Shown here in pieces: positions 1-8,255 of a stretch of 64,000 bases of DNA; the stretch's first letter is position 1, and every line of letters starts with the position of its first letter. The notes under the pieces are model-generated. The model was given only the letters and a program-made list of their open reading frames with translations, was not told the DNA's origin and did not search any database. The DNA comes from a virus. The stretch lies in the IMG/VR virus record IMGVR_UViG_3300022602_000036, positions 85,160 through 149,159 of that record. One strand, written 5' to 3'. The position numbers and the translations under genes are program-made.

Positions 1-1
1 C

Positions 2-217
2 GGATTCAGTATCATACAAAAGAAAAATATTCTATGGATGCGAGATCTAGCTGGTAAAAAATCCACAGTAACAGTAGATCCAGACTATCAGCAGTGGACT
101 GTCAAAGGGTCAAAAGGCAATGAATATCTTGTAATTCGTCAAAAAGGCCAGTATAATTGTACATGTCCAGGCTTTACATATCGCCATAATTGTCGTCACA
201 TCACGGAGGTCCAATGA
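2..217 (+). CDS. SWIM zinc-finger protein (5' truncated by window)
   Basis: Not in ORF track; frame 2 reads ...WTVKGSKGNEYLV...YNCTCPGFTYRHNCRH (CxC-x8-CxH SWIM motif); TGA overlaps ligase ATG. Confidence 0.8.
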   Translation, partial: GFSIIQKKNILWMRDLAGKKSTVTVDPDYQQWTVKGSKGNEYLVIRQKGQYNCTCPGFTYRHNCRHITEVQ

Positions 218-1527
218 ATAATCCTTGGGATATAATCCAAGAACTAGAATCAGATAACAGTCGCTTGGCTAAAGAAGCAGTCATTGAGCACGAAGCACTA
301 GCAGACAATGTAGAATTCTTTGCTGGCTGTCGTTTGGCATTAGATGCTATGATTACCTTTGGTGTTAAAAAGGTAGACGAAACTGACTCAGATGGATTTG
401 GATTAACTTGGGCAGAGTTCGCTCAACTAGCTGATGCACTGGCCAATCGTGAACTAACAGGCAACAATGCACAGTCAGCTATAGAACAAGCACGCAAAAG
501 TTCTACTAAGCTACAATGGAATCTTTGGTATCGTCGTATCTTAATCAAAGACCTACGCTGTGGAGTCAGTGAAAAAACTGTAAACACTGTGATCAAACGA
601 GCTAAGAAACCTGCTTATGAGATTCCTGTATTCAGTTGTCAACTAGCGCATGACTCAGCTAATCATGATGGTAAACTTGCCGGTGCTAAATTAATTGAAG
701 TTAAACTAGATGGTGTTCGTGTAATTACCATTGTTTACCCAAATGGACAAGTAGATCAATACAGTCGCAATGGTAAAGAGCTGGTAAACTTTCCACACAT
801 CAAACAACAGATTGCTTTGCACGCTGATTCATTTAAGGAACCTATGGTGCTTGATGGCGAAGTCATGTCAGCTAGTTTCCAAGATCTAATGAAAATGGTA
901 CATCGTAAGAGTGATGTTAAAAGCAATGATGCTGTGCTGAATTTGTTTGATGTTATTACTCTTAAAGAGTTCCAAGCAGGACAAGGCATTCATAGACAAA
1001 TTGATCGTAGCATAAGTTTGGCCGCTTGGTATAGTCAAGTAGCTGATGATATGCCTAATGTTACTGTAGTAGGTCAAGAGCAGGTTAACCTAGATATACC
1101 AGCTGGGCAAGCTCGTTTCCTACAGATCAATCAAGAAGCTATTGATGGTGGGTACGAAGGTATTATGGTTAAGAATCCATTAGGGATTTATGAATGTAAA
1201 CGCACTATCAATTGGTTAAAATTAAAACCATTTATTGAAGTAAGTTTGGAGGTAACAGATGTCGAAGAAGGTACAGGCCGTAACCAAGGCCGTTTGGGGG
1301 CTTTGGTATGTAGTGGCCAAGACAATGGCCGTAATATTACTGTTAACTGCGGTAGCGGGTTTACTGATAACGATCGCGGAGTATTTTGGGCCAACCGTGA
1401 CAAGTTGGTTGGGCAAGTAGTTGAGGTACGTGCTGATGCTGTTACGCAAAATCAAGACGGTTCTTACTCCTTACGCTTTCCTAGGTTCTTGCGTTTTAGG
1501 GGGTTTGAAGTTGGCGAAAAACTATAA
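214..1527 (+). CDS. lig: ATP-dependent DNA ligase
   Basis: EVKLDGVR (KxDG), LDGE, GYEGIMVK, WLKLK, C-terminal OB fold with SLRFPRF; start moved to ATG 214 after GGAGG. Confidence 0.95.
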   Translation: MNNPWDIIQELESDNSRLAKEAVIEHEALADNVEFFAGCRLALDAMITFGVKKVDETDSDGFGLTWAEFAQLADALANRELTGNNAQSAIEQARKSSTKLQWNLWYRRILIKDLRCGVSEKTVNTVIKRAKKPAYEIPVFSCQLAHDSANHDGKLAGAKLIEVKLDGVRVITIVYPNGQVDQYSRNGKELVNFPHIKQQIALHADSFKEPMVLDGEVMSASFQDLMKMVHRKSDVKSNDAVLNLFDVITLKEFQAGQGIHRQIDRSISLAAWYSQVADDMPNVTVVGQEQVNLDIPAGQARFLQINQEAIDGGYEGIMVKNPLGIYECKRTINWLKLKPFIEVSLEVTDVEEGTGRNQGRLGALVCSGQDNGRNITVNCGSGFTDNDRGVFWANRDKLVGQVVEVRADAVTQNQDGSYSLRFPRFLRFRGFEVGEKL

Positions 1528-1771
1528 GTTAGCTCAAGAAGCTGACAAAGATAAAGTCTACGGTGCTCTTAAAGAGTTCACTCGCAACTCTCGTCTATGG
1601 CGTTCAAGTCCAGTTGGTCGTGAATATTGCCACTTGACAGAAGAAGGCAGAGAAGTTATCATAGACATGATGCAGGATATGTTGCGTACTATTGATATAT
1701 TAGAACGTAAGGCATTTGATCAACGTGCTAAAGAAATTGTGTTTGAAACACTGAAAGGTAAAGGTGAATAA
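1511..1771 (+). CDS. hypothetical protein
   Basis: ORF 1421..1771; likely TTG start at 1511 to avoid long overlap with ligase. Confidence 0.6.
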   Translation: MAKNYKLAQEADKDKVYGALKEFTRNSRLWRSSPVGREYCHLTEEGREVIIDMMQDMLRTIDILERKAFDQRAKEIVFETLKGKGE

Positions 1772-2109
1772 TGGTTGCTGGTATGCGGCGTGATTTCGTA
1801 GAAGAACAGAGCGATACTAATCCTGTGGTATACTGTAAGGACTGCAAATATTACTATCGTACGTTTGGTATGTGGATGGCTCAAACGGAAGCACGATGTA
1901 CTCGCGGTCGTCAACCTAAAGTCAATCTTGTCACAGGTAAAATAGGGCCGCTTGATTACTATAACTTAGAACGTTGTCAACGTGAGCGGACTAATGAGTA
2001 TATTGTTAATTGCGGCGAAGAAGGCAAATTTTGGTCTCCTCGCAAGCCTTCGCCAGAAACCACAATGTTAATGTTAAAAAGAAAGGTACCAAATGATTCT
2101 AACTCGTAA
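1771..2109 (+). CDS. Cys-rich hypothetical protein
   Basis: CKDCK plus further Cys; TAATG coupling. Confidence 0.65.
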   Translation: MVAGMRRDFVEEQSDTNPVVYCKDCKYYYRTFGMWMAQTEARCTRGRQPKVNLVTGKIGPLDYYNLERCQRERTNEYIVNCGEEGKFWSPRKPSPETTMLMLKRKVPNDSNS

Positions 2110-2365
2110 TGAACTTATTGAATCACTACAAGATGGTATTGTAACTGTAACTTTTACCAAAGTAAATGGTGAGGTTCGTACTATGCCTTGTACTCTGCGT
2201 GAAGATATTGTTCCACCTAGGCCTACACCTGCTGAAGGTGCAGAAACTAAAACTAAGAAAAAGAATGATGGTGTAATTAGTGCGTGGTGCATTGATAAAG
2301 GTGCATGGCGCAGTTTTCGCTATGATAGTATTGTTAGTCTACAGTTTGATGGCAGTGGACAGTAA
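2093..2365 (+). CDS. WYL_2/DUF2693-like SH3-fold protein
   Basis: VTVTFTKVNGEVRTMPCTL...WRSFRYDSI typical of this T4-like phage family. Confidence 0.75.
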   Translation: MILTRNELIESLQDGIVTVTFTKVNGEVRTMPCTLREDIVPPRPTPAEGAETKTKKKNDGVISAWCIDKGAWRSFRYDSIVSLQFDGSGQ

Positions 2366-2380
2366 TTTAACCAAAATAGG

Positions 2381-2409
2381 TTGACATGTGCGTATTTTTC
2401 CGCTATTAT
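2381..2409 (+). promoter_or_regulatory. sigma70-type early promoter
   Basis: TTGACA-17nt-TATTAT. Confidence 0.75.
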
Positions 2410-2465
2410 ATATGTTCATGCTGTATTTTAAATAGCAAACTTTTAACTCTATGGAGAAGTAACAA

Positions 2466-2852
2466 ATGGCAAAAACTACTAAAGTAACAATGGCAACAGC
2501 ACCAGCTAAGAAAGCACCTGCTAAGGCTCCAGCAAAAGCACCTGCTAAGGCTCCAGCAAAAGCACCTGCTAAGGCACCAGCTAAGGCTCCTAAAAAAGCT
2601 TCAGTTAACCTAGCTAAGGTAACTAACCAAAAAGCGTTCTTAGAAAAATACCTACGTGGTACAGGTCGTACCTTATCAGTAGCGCAAGCAAAAGCTAACT
2701 ACGGTATTGCAAAATTGTCAGCACGTATTAGTGAAATGCGCGATGCTGGTTTAGTAATCTACACAGATGAAAACACCTCAGGTAAAGCAACTTACCGTAT
2801 CGTTGCTCGTGACGTTGCAGGTTCACGTGCTAAAGTGTTTTCAGCAAACTAA
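2466..2852 (+). CDS. histone H1-like (KAPA-repeat) HTH DNA-binding protein
   Basis: N-terminal PAKA/KAPA repeats; C-terminal helix-turn-helix-like TLSVAQAKANYGIAKLSARISEMRDAG; GGAG RBS. Confidence 0.7.
   Translation: MAKTTKVTMATAPAKKAPAKAPAKAPAKAPAKAPAKAPAKAPKKASVNLAKVTNQKAFLEKYLRGTGRTLSVAQAKANYGIAKLSARISEMRDAGLVIYTDENTSGKATYRIVARDVAGSRAKVFSAN
2499..2597 (+). repeat. coding tandem repeat, 12-bp units in 24-bp higher-order unit
   Basis: AAAGCACCTGCTAAGGCTCCAGCA exact at 2511 and 2535, degenerate at 2559. Confidence 0.9.
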
Positions 2853-2877
2853 TATCTAGGTAGATTTACCAAAGATA

Positions 2878-2903
2878 AAAAAAGCCCCGTTTGGGGCTTT
2901 TTT
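2878..2903. terminator. bidirectional intrinsic terminator
   Basis: AAAAAAGCCCC-GTTT-GGGGCTTTTTT between convergent genes. Confidence 0.9.
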
Positions 2904-2917
2904 GTTGGCTATAGATG

Positions 2918-3238
2918 TTAATTAACAATAGTGGCTAAATCAATAACGGTTTCATTAGTCCAATTAGTGGTATATGTTATACTGTGTGCTGATTTCCATG
3001 CATTGATATCTGCTATTAGCCCTGCGTCTGTTAAAGTATAAGTTGATACAAAAGAATTAGCTGCATCTGTATTGCTAAAAATCAAAATAGTTTTAGTAGT
3101 TGTGCCTGTTTTTTGGTTTAAAGAATTTGCTTCTAAGTAGGTTGCGATATTTTTAGCCCAATCACTAGCAGTGACTGATGGTGGAAATGGTCCAACGTTA
3201 TTTGGATCTTCTACTGTAAAAGTATATACTACTGACAT
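2918..3238 (-). CDS. hypothetical protein
   Basis: 106 aa, AAGGA RBS, ATAAATA late-type box upstream on minus strand (~3267-3273). Confidence 0.75.
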   Translation of the reverse strand: MSVVYTFTVEDPNNVGPFPPSVTASDWAKNIATYLEANSLNQKTGTTTKTILIFSNTDAANSFVSTYTLTDAGLIADINAWKSAHSITYTTNWTNETVIDLATIVN

Positions 3239-3277
3239 ATGGTATTCCTTATTAAACTGTTATAGTTATTTATCTGA

Positions 3278-3306
3278 TTGACAAACAAATCAAAAGATGT
3301 TATAAT
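3278..3306 (+). promoter_or_regulatory. sigma70-type early promoter
   Basis: TTGACA-17nt-TATAAT perfect consensus with TGn extension. Confidence 0.9.
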
Positions 3307-3338
3307 ATACGCATATTAAACAATAAAGAAAGCGAACA

Positions 3339-3917
3339 ATGAGTACTCGTTTATACGTAGGACTTGGGGCAGCAATTTTTGTAGGTAATATAATCTATGC
3401 TCAATATGAAGATAGTCGTATTAGTAGCATAGAAGATAGTGTTATCCAAATTGGCAGTGATGTAGCAGAAATCAAACAGGCAGTGTTAGAACAACAAACA
3501 ACGTCAATCAAATACACTAAAAAAGATGTTGAATGCCTAGCACGCAATATCTACTACGAAGCAGGTGTAGAGCCGTTAATGGGCAAATATGCTGTGGCCA
3601 ATGTAACTATTAACCGTGTTAAAAGCGGCTATTGGGGCTCGCATGTATGTGATGTAGTCTACGCCAAAGACCAGTTTAGTTGGACCAAAGAGAAAAAGCG
3701 TGCTTGGATACAACTAAAAGGCAGTAATTGGGCAACTAGCCGTGCAGTGGCAGAGTCTGCACTAACACAGGGCATTCGTGTTAAGCAATTGAAGCACGCA
3801 TTATTCTATCACGCAGATTACGTTAGTCCTACTTGGCGTGATCGTACTAAACAAGTACTTAAAGTAGGGCAACATATTTTTTACTCACAAGCAAAGGGCA
3901 GTAATTTATCAATATGA
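3339..3917 (+). CDS. SleB-like cell wall hydrolase (Hydrolase_2)
   Basis: CLARNIYYEA, VANVTINRV, QFSW, ALFYHADYV, GQHIFY; N-terminal membrane anchor. Confidence 0.9.
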   Translation: MSTRLYVGLGAAIFVGNIIYAQYEDSRISSIEDSVIQIGSDVAEIKQAVLEQQTTSIKYTKKDVECLARNIYYEAGVEPLMGKYAVANVTINRVKSGYWGSHVCDVVYAKDQFSWTKEKKRAWIQLKGSNWATSRAVAESALTQGIRVKQLKHALFYHADYVSPTWRDRTKQVLKVGQHIFYSQAKGSNLSI

Positions 3918-4378
3918 AATATTTTAGTTATGGTATGAACACAAACTTGGCCAGTATGGCAGTACGCTGCCCAAGTGCTCAGAGTCTAGGAGCTGCTGTT
4001 CTACCGCATTATGAATTTGAATTCAAATCATTTGCTACAATCTCACCTAAAATGGGCGCAGAAACCCACGGAGTTCTTTGGGAAATCACCCCCGAGTGCG
4101 AAAAGAGTTTGGACCGCTTAGAAGGATATCCCGTATACTACGGTAAAATTATTGTATGGGTTGAACACAATGGTATGTTGACTCCGGCAATGACCTACCT
4201 AATGTATCCAGAAGAAGAACCTAACTATCCAAGTAATAGCTATGTGCGTATGTTAGAGGAAGGTTACACAGCACACGGCGTCAGCACAGATCAAATTAAT
4301 CAAGCATTAGATCATTTAAATAACCACTTTGGTTTGACATCTGGTCTCAATGACACTACACTATACTCATACACCTAA
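3914..4378 (+). CDS. gamma-glutamylcyclotransferase (GGCT/AIG2-like)
   Basis: YFSYGMN, GVLWEI, LDRLEGYP, PSNSY motifs. Confidence 0.85.
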   Translation: MKYFSYGMNTNLASMAVRCPSAQSLGAAVLPHYEFEFKSFATISPKMGAETHGVLWEITPECEKSLDRLEGYPVYYGKIIVWVEHNGMLTPAMTYLMYPEEEPNYPSNSYVRMLEEGYTAHGVSTDQINQALDHLNNHFGLTSGLNDTTLYSYT

Positions 4379-4389
4379 GGAGAAGCAAC

Positions 4390-4893
4390 ATGGCAATTTG
4401 GACCGTTAGTACCTATCATAAAAAATCTTGTCAAGAAACTGAACATTGGGTTCAGGACGAAGGCGAAGGCAGCATCACTGTTAGGAATGGTTTCCGTTAT
4501 GGCGAGTGGACTGTAGAAACAGATGACGACAACCCTCCAGAATTTGAATTTACAGAAGTACCTGGTGGTGATGGTCGTAAAGACAGTATCAATATGTTGG
4601 ACTGCGAAGTCAATAATATTGAAAGCGTTGAGCTTGTTGAAATGTTTGATGGCGGTTGCTGGTATGATATTACCATTGAAGGGCTTGACGAGGAAGCTGA
4701 GGAAGAACTACAAGAGTTTATTGATGAAAACAGCATTTATGATCTAGAAGGCCGTGAAGACGACTCTTGGAGCCAAGATGATAGCGAATGGTGGATCTGG
4801 GGTCCAATTGAAATTAAAAACGAAGCTGGTGAACGTGTACGTATTATCTGTGCAGATGATGCTGGTAATACCGTTGACTTTGTGGAAGAATAA
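4390..4893 (+). CDS. acidic hypothetical protein
   Basis: 167 aa, D/E-rich, AAGGAG RBS; TTGACA-17-TACACT at 4333. Confidence 0.75.
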   Translation: MAIWTVSTYHKKSCQETEHWVQDEGEGSITVRNGFRYGEWTVETDDDNPPEFEFTEVPGGDGRKDSINMLDCEVNNIESVELVEMFDGGCWYDITIEGLDEEAEEELQEFIDENSIYDLEGREDDSWSQDDSEWWIWGPIEIKNEAGERVRIICADDAGNTVDFVEE

Positions 4894-5060
4894 TGTCCAA
4901 TAATAGTTCTTACGTTGGCATAAAAGTAGAATGCCCAAATGGCATTATTGGTACAGTTACTCACGAAAACGACGAGTGGATTATTATCCAAGATGATGCT
5001 GGTACTGGTGAATATATGTTTACCAAACTTGGTTGCAAAGTATTAAAGGATACAGAATAA
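4893..5060 (+). CDS. small hypothetical protein (55 aa)
   Basis: Not in track; MSNNSSYVGIKVECPNG...KDTE, TAATG-coupled at both ends. Confidence 0.65.
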   Translation: MSNNSSYVGIKVECPNGIIGTVTHENDEWIIIQDDAGTGEYMFTKLGCKVLKDTE

Positions 5061-5476
5061 TGTCAGTCCACGTACCTAGTCAAGGTAATTACGGTAATAT
5101 TACTATAGGTGCTGGTGTTATGTCTACTGCTGGGTCAGCTGGGTCAGGCACACATACTATCAGTATAACCAATGGTGGTAGTGGGTATCCAAATAGTGTG
5201 CTAACCGCCACTGGTACAGGAGCCACTACTTGGGCCAATAACACCAGTACTAAAATGAATGTAAAAGGTCAGCTTAACCTAGATGGAGAAGGTGCTGACA
5301 TTGTTATGAATGGTGTTAGCCTTAAAGGTATCTTAAATGGTATCACTGATCGTTTAAGTATCCTACAGCCCAAACCAGATATGTTGGAAAAATATGACAA
5401 CCTACGTCAGGCCTACGAACACTATAAAACTTTAGAAGCATTATTATACGATGATCAAGAACCTAGCAACAAGTAG
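5060..5476 (+). CDS. hypothetical protein
   Basis: G/T-rich N-terminus, C-terminal LEKYDNLRQAYEHYK helix. Confidence 0.7.
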   Translation: MSVHVPSQGNYGNITIGAGVMSTAGSAGSGTHTISITNGGSGYPNSVLTATGTGATTWANNTSTKMNVKGQLNLDGEGADIVMNGVSLKGILNGITDRLSILQPKPDMLEKYDNLRQAYEHYKTLEALLYDDQEPSNK

Positions 5477-5795
5477 TGCCTATGTAACAGTAACAGGAAA
5501 CTATCCTCCAAACATTTACAATAATGGTATGTTAAATGTTGGGCAGATAAGATACAATCCTACCAATCAAAACATGGAAGTCTATGATGGCAGCATGTGG
5601 CAAGTAATGAGTCAGGGCGTGACTGTTGGCTTAAGTTGGGACGCTGATAGTGCTATTCGTTGGGCCATTGAAAAACAGCGAGAAGAAGCTACTCTTAAAG
5701 AGCGCATGGAAAAACATCCTGGGCTTAAAGATGCTTATGAGAAATTTCAAGTGATGGATATTCTTACCAGGGAAGAAGATGGCAAACCCGCGTAA
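5451..5795 (+). CDS. hypothetical protein
   Basis: GQIRYNPTNQNMEVYDGSMW motif; C-terminal EKHPGLKDAYEKF. Confidence 0.75.
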   Translation: MIKNLATSSAYVTVTGNYPPNIYNNGMLNVGQIRYNPTNQNMEVYDGSMWQVMSQGVTVGLSWDADSAIRWAIEKQREEATLKERMEKHPGLKDAYEKFQVMDILTREEDGKPA

Positions 5796-5982
5796 TGGAT
5801 CATACAATACTGTTGGCCCTGCTGGTTCAGGTGGCAGTGTTCATCCCACTAACTTTAAGCTAGTAGCAGAAAAACTAGTAGAGTGGGAATGGTACGAACG
5901 ATTTATAGCACAAAATCCAGATCTTAAACTTCGTTGGGAACAACATAAAACATATGAGATATTAAACAATGAGCAAGAGTAA
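5779..5982 (+). CDS. hypothetical protein
   Basis: 67 aa; C-terminal QNPDLKLRWEQHKTYEIL. Confidence 0.6.
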   Translation: MANPRNGSYNTVGPAGSGGSVHPTNFKLVAEKLVEWEWYERFIAQNPDLKLRWEQHKTYEILNNEQE

Positions 5983-6157
5983 ACTAACTATTCGCGTCAC
6001 AAATCTTGACAAGATCAACAGCATTGCCAATTGGTGCAAGGCCAATTTAGACCATCACGAATGGGATATGACTCCTATACATATATTCAAACCAGACTAT
6101 AAATTCCACTTTGAATGTGAGCAAACTCGCTTACAAGTAATACTTCAACACCTATAA
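5969..6157 (+). CDS. hypothetical protein
   Basis: 62 aa in operon. Confidence 0.6.
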   Translation: MSKSKLTIRVTNLDKINSIANWCKANLDHHEWDMTPIHIFKPDYKFHFECEQTRLQVILQHL

Positions 6158-6162
6158 ACCAC

Positions 6163-6191
6163 TTGACAATTTAACCAAAAGATGCTATAAT
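6163..6191 (+). promoter_or_regulatory. sigma70-type early promoter
   Basis: TTGACA-17nt-TATAAT perfect consensus. Confidence 0.9.
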
Positions 6192-6224
6192 TATACATAT
6201 AATAACAATTTAGGCATAGATTAT

Positions 6225-6527
6225 ATGGAAATTTTAAAAGCATTTTTAACGGTTTACTGTATTATATCAGTTACGTTTACTACCTTTTTCCTAATTAATT
6301 TATTTAGAAATATTCGCAAAGAACTTGACATTGCCAAAGGTGTAGACACTGTTAAGAAAACTATGAAGTTAGTCTATGTAGAAGAAGTATGCGGTATGTT
6401 TCATATGTATGATATTGCCACCCATACATTTATCTGTCAAGCATACACTGAAGAAGAATTGTGGACTACGGCAAAAACTAAATTTCCAGACATGAAAGTA
6501 GTTAGTTTAGAAAAGGACAGCAAATGA
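6225..6527 (+). CDS. membrane-anchored hypothetical protein
   Basis: N-terminal hydrophobic helix. Confidence 0.7.
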   Translation: MEILKAFLTVYCIISVTFTTFFLINLFRNIRKELDIAKGVDTVKKTMKLVYVEEVCGMFHMYDIATHTFICQAYTEEELWTTAKTKFPDMKVVSLEKDSK

Positions 6528-6937
6528 CCATGCACATGTTACCGCCTATGTATTCAACAACAGGCAAGAAAAAAGGTAAACAGAAATTCCGTACAGCAGA
6601 ACAGGCTAACAAAGCTCGTCGTAACGCAGAATCGTGGCAACAATTATTGGAGAAATATGATGCTAAAGTGGTGGTGGACAAATCTAAGTCCAACAGAAAA
6701 AATACTAGTAAAAGTGTGGTTACTAGTGGGAGTGATTGGCGTAGCCGTGTTGACCCTAGCCGCCTTACTGATCATATACCAAGTCGTGACACAGGTGTCG
6801 CTGTAGCCGCTCGCCCAGCAGACAAAGTCTACACAGGTGATGCTATGATTGGTATTGGACAACTACATAAGTCAAACGGTATTCCTGTATTCCGTCAAGA
6901 AGATGCTGTCGATGTTAGTAAAATGAGAAGAGGATAA
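6524..6937 (+). CDS. basic conserved phage protein
   Basis: K/R-rich; YTGDAMIGIGQLHKSNGIPVF motif. Confidence 0.7.
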   Translation: MTMHMLPPMYSTTGKKKGKQKFRTAEQANKARRNAESWQQLLEKYDAKVVVDKSKSNRKNTSKSVVTSGSDWRSRVDPSRLTDHIPSRDTGVAVAARPADKVYTGDAMIGIGQLHKSNGIPVFRQEDAVDVSKMRRG

Positions 6938-6938
6938 T

Positions 6939-7433
6939 ATGAACCAAGAATTAATTAATATGGCATTTACTCGTAATCAACTTAGTAAGACTATGACGTT
7001 AAATGAAGCATTTTTTCTTTTTCATAAGGAGAATCTTTTAAACGTAGGAGAATTAACTGAACGTGCTATTGTAAAACAAGGCAAATTAACACAGCATTCA
7101 AAAAACTTTAAAGGTAGTGATTTTAAAGAAGACAACAGCGATAGTAAATATGTTCAGGTTCGCTATTATTCTACAGCTTATGCTACTATTGCCGGAATTC
7201 AAAATAAAATAGGAACATTGCGGGTTTTGTGTTTTGAACCTAAACAAAATAAAAATTATTATTTCTTAATTCCTTACAAAGTGTATGCTCCTTACACTTC
7301 AGCCAATGATTCATTAAAAATCTATTTTGATATGGAAGGCAATCCTAGAAGTCCTAAACGGTCGAATCGTCGATACGATTTATGGGATTATGTATGTACT
7401 AAAAAAGAATGGTATAAAAAATTAGCAAAATGA
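6939..7433 (+). CDS. hypothetical protein, possible PD-(D/E)xK nuclease
   Basis: GELTE...GSD...SDSK spacing; AT-rich. Confidence 0.45.
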   Translation: MNQELINMAFTRNQLSKTMTLNEAFFLFHKENLLNVGELTERAIVKQGKLTQHSKNFKGSDFKEDNSDSKYVQVRYYSTAYATIAGIQNKIGTLRVLCFEPKQNKNYYFLIPYKVYAPYTSANDSLKIYFDMEGNPRSPKRSNRRYDLWDYVCTKKEWYKKLAK

Positions 7434-7615
7434 AAAAAATAATTGGATATATTCTAAGTTGGACATTATATTGGCTAGGTGACTTTACTAGTAAACCTAT
7501 GCACTACTTTGATTGGGGTTGGTTATATCCTGTGTATAATCATCTAATGATTTGGAGCACTGACGTACAAGATTGGTCAGGGTGTGATGGCCCGTGGGGA
7601 GAAGTCAATGGGTGA
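7430..7615 (+). CDS. Trp-rich small protein
   Basis: 61 aa, ATGA overlap. Confidence 0.6.
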   Translation: MKKIIGYILSWTLYWLGDFTSKPMHYFDWGWLYPVYNHLMIWSTDVQDWSGCDGPWGEVNG

Positions 7616-7892
7616 TGAAAGTCAATGGTATTGGAATGATTGGAAAGACTACCAATACGCAGTTAAAAAAGACCTTAACGTCGAGTATGAACTTTGGGAA
7701 AATACACCTAAAAATAACACTGTTATCTTTAATGCTGGCACAGATGACGAAATGCTTAAAATTACTCCTGATGGTTTTTATGTTCGTGGAGTAAAGGTAG
7801 AACAAGGCCCAGAGGAAGCAGAAGCAGTATACAAAGCGTTTAAAGAGTTTATGACTTGGGCTATTATCAGCAGGCCCGAAGAAGAGCAATAA
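7608..7892 (+). CDS. hypothetical protein
   Basis: ATG 7608 after GGGAG. Confidence 0.65.
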   Translation: MGDESQWYWNDWKDYQYAVKKDLNVEYELWENTPKNNTVIFNAGTDDEMLKITPDGFYVRGVKVEQGPEEAEAVYKAFKEFMTWAIISRPEEEQ

Positions 7893-7917
7893 ATAGTATA
7901 TTAAAGGAAAGGATCAA

Positions 7918-8133
7918 TTGGCAAAAGAAGACGTTATAAAACTATCAGGAACCGTAGAAGAAGTCTTAGGTAACAGTATGTTCCGTGTGAAATTAGAAAA
8001 CAATCACATTGTTACCGCATATATTGGAGGTAAACTCCGTATGCACACAATTAAGATTATCATGGGTGACGTAGTTGACGTTGAAATGACGCCATATGAT
8101 TTAACCAAAGCCCGTATTACTTACAGACGATAA
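7918..8133 (+). CDS. infA: translation initiation factor IF-1
   Basis: MAKEDVI...[17 protein letters not shown]...[29 protein letters not shown]; TTG start; ATAAATA at 7889. Confidence 0.97.
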   Translation: MAKEDVIKLSGTVEEVLGNSMFRVKLENNHIVTAYIGGKLRMHTIKIIMGDVVDVEMTPYDLTKARITYRR

Positions 8134-8134
8134 G

Positions 8135-8236
8135 CGTCCAGCACCAATTTACCTTTAAGCCACATTGGCTGTGCTGTGCAAAAACAAGGAAAGTTCACAA
8201 CTAGGGGTCCTTGGTAGCCTTGTTGACGACTGGACA
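8135..8236 (-). ncRNA. candidate ~100-nt structured ncRNA
   Basis: 5'/3' ends pair over 13 bp with G-U wobbles only on the minus strand; inner multibranch hairpins; ATAAATA 5 nt upstream. Confidence 0.55.
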
Positions 8237-8255
8237 TAGATATTTATGGAAAATT

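Noticed and set aside
2499-2597. Possible CRISPR-like repeat
   Set aside because: Tandem in-frame coding repeat with no spacers; no cas genes seen
8121-8237. 38-aa minus-strand ORF MSSRQQGYQGPL...
   Set aside because: ATG is only 3 nt after the late box, no RBS, overlaps infA; RNA structure explains the interval better, though coding is not excluded
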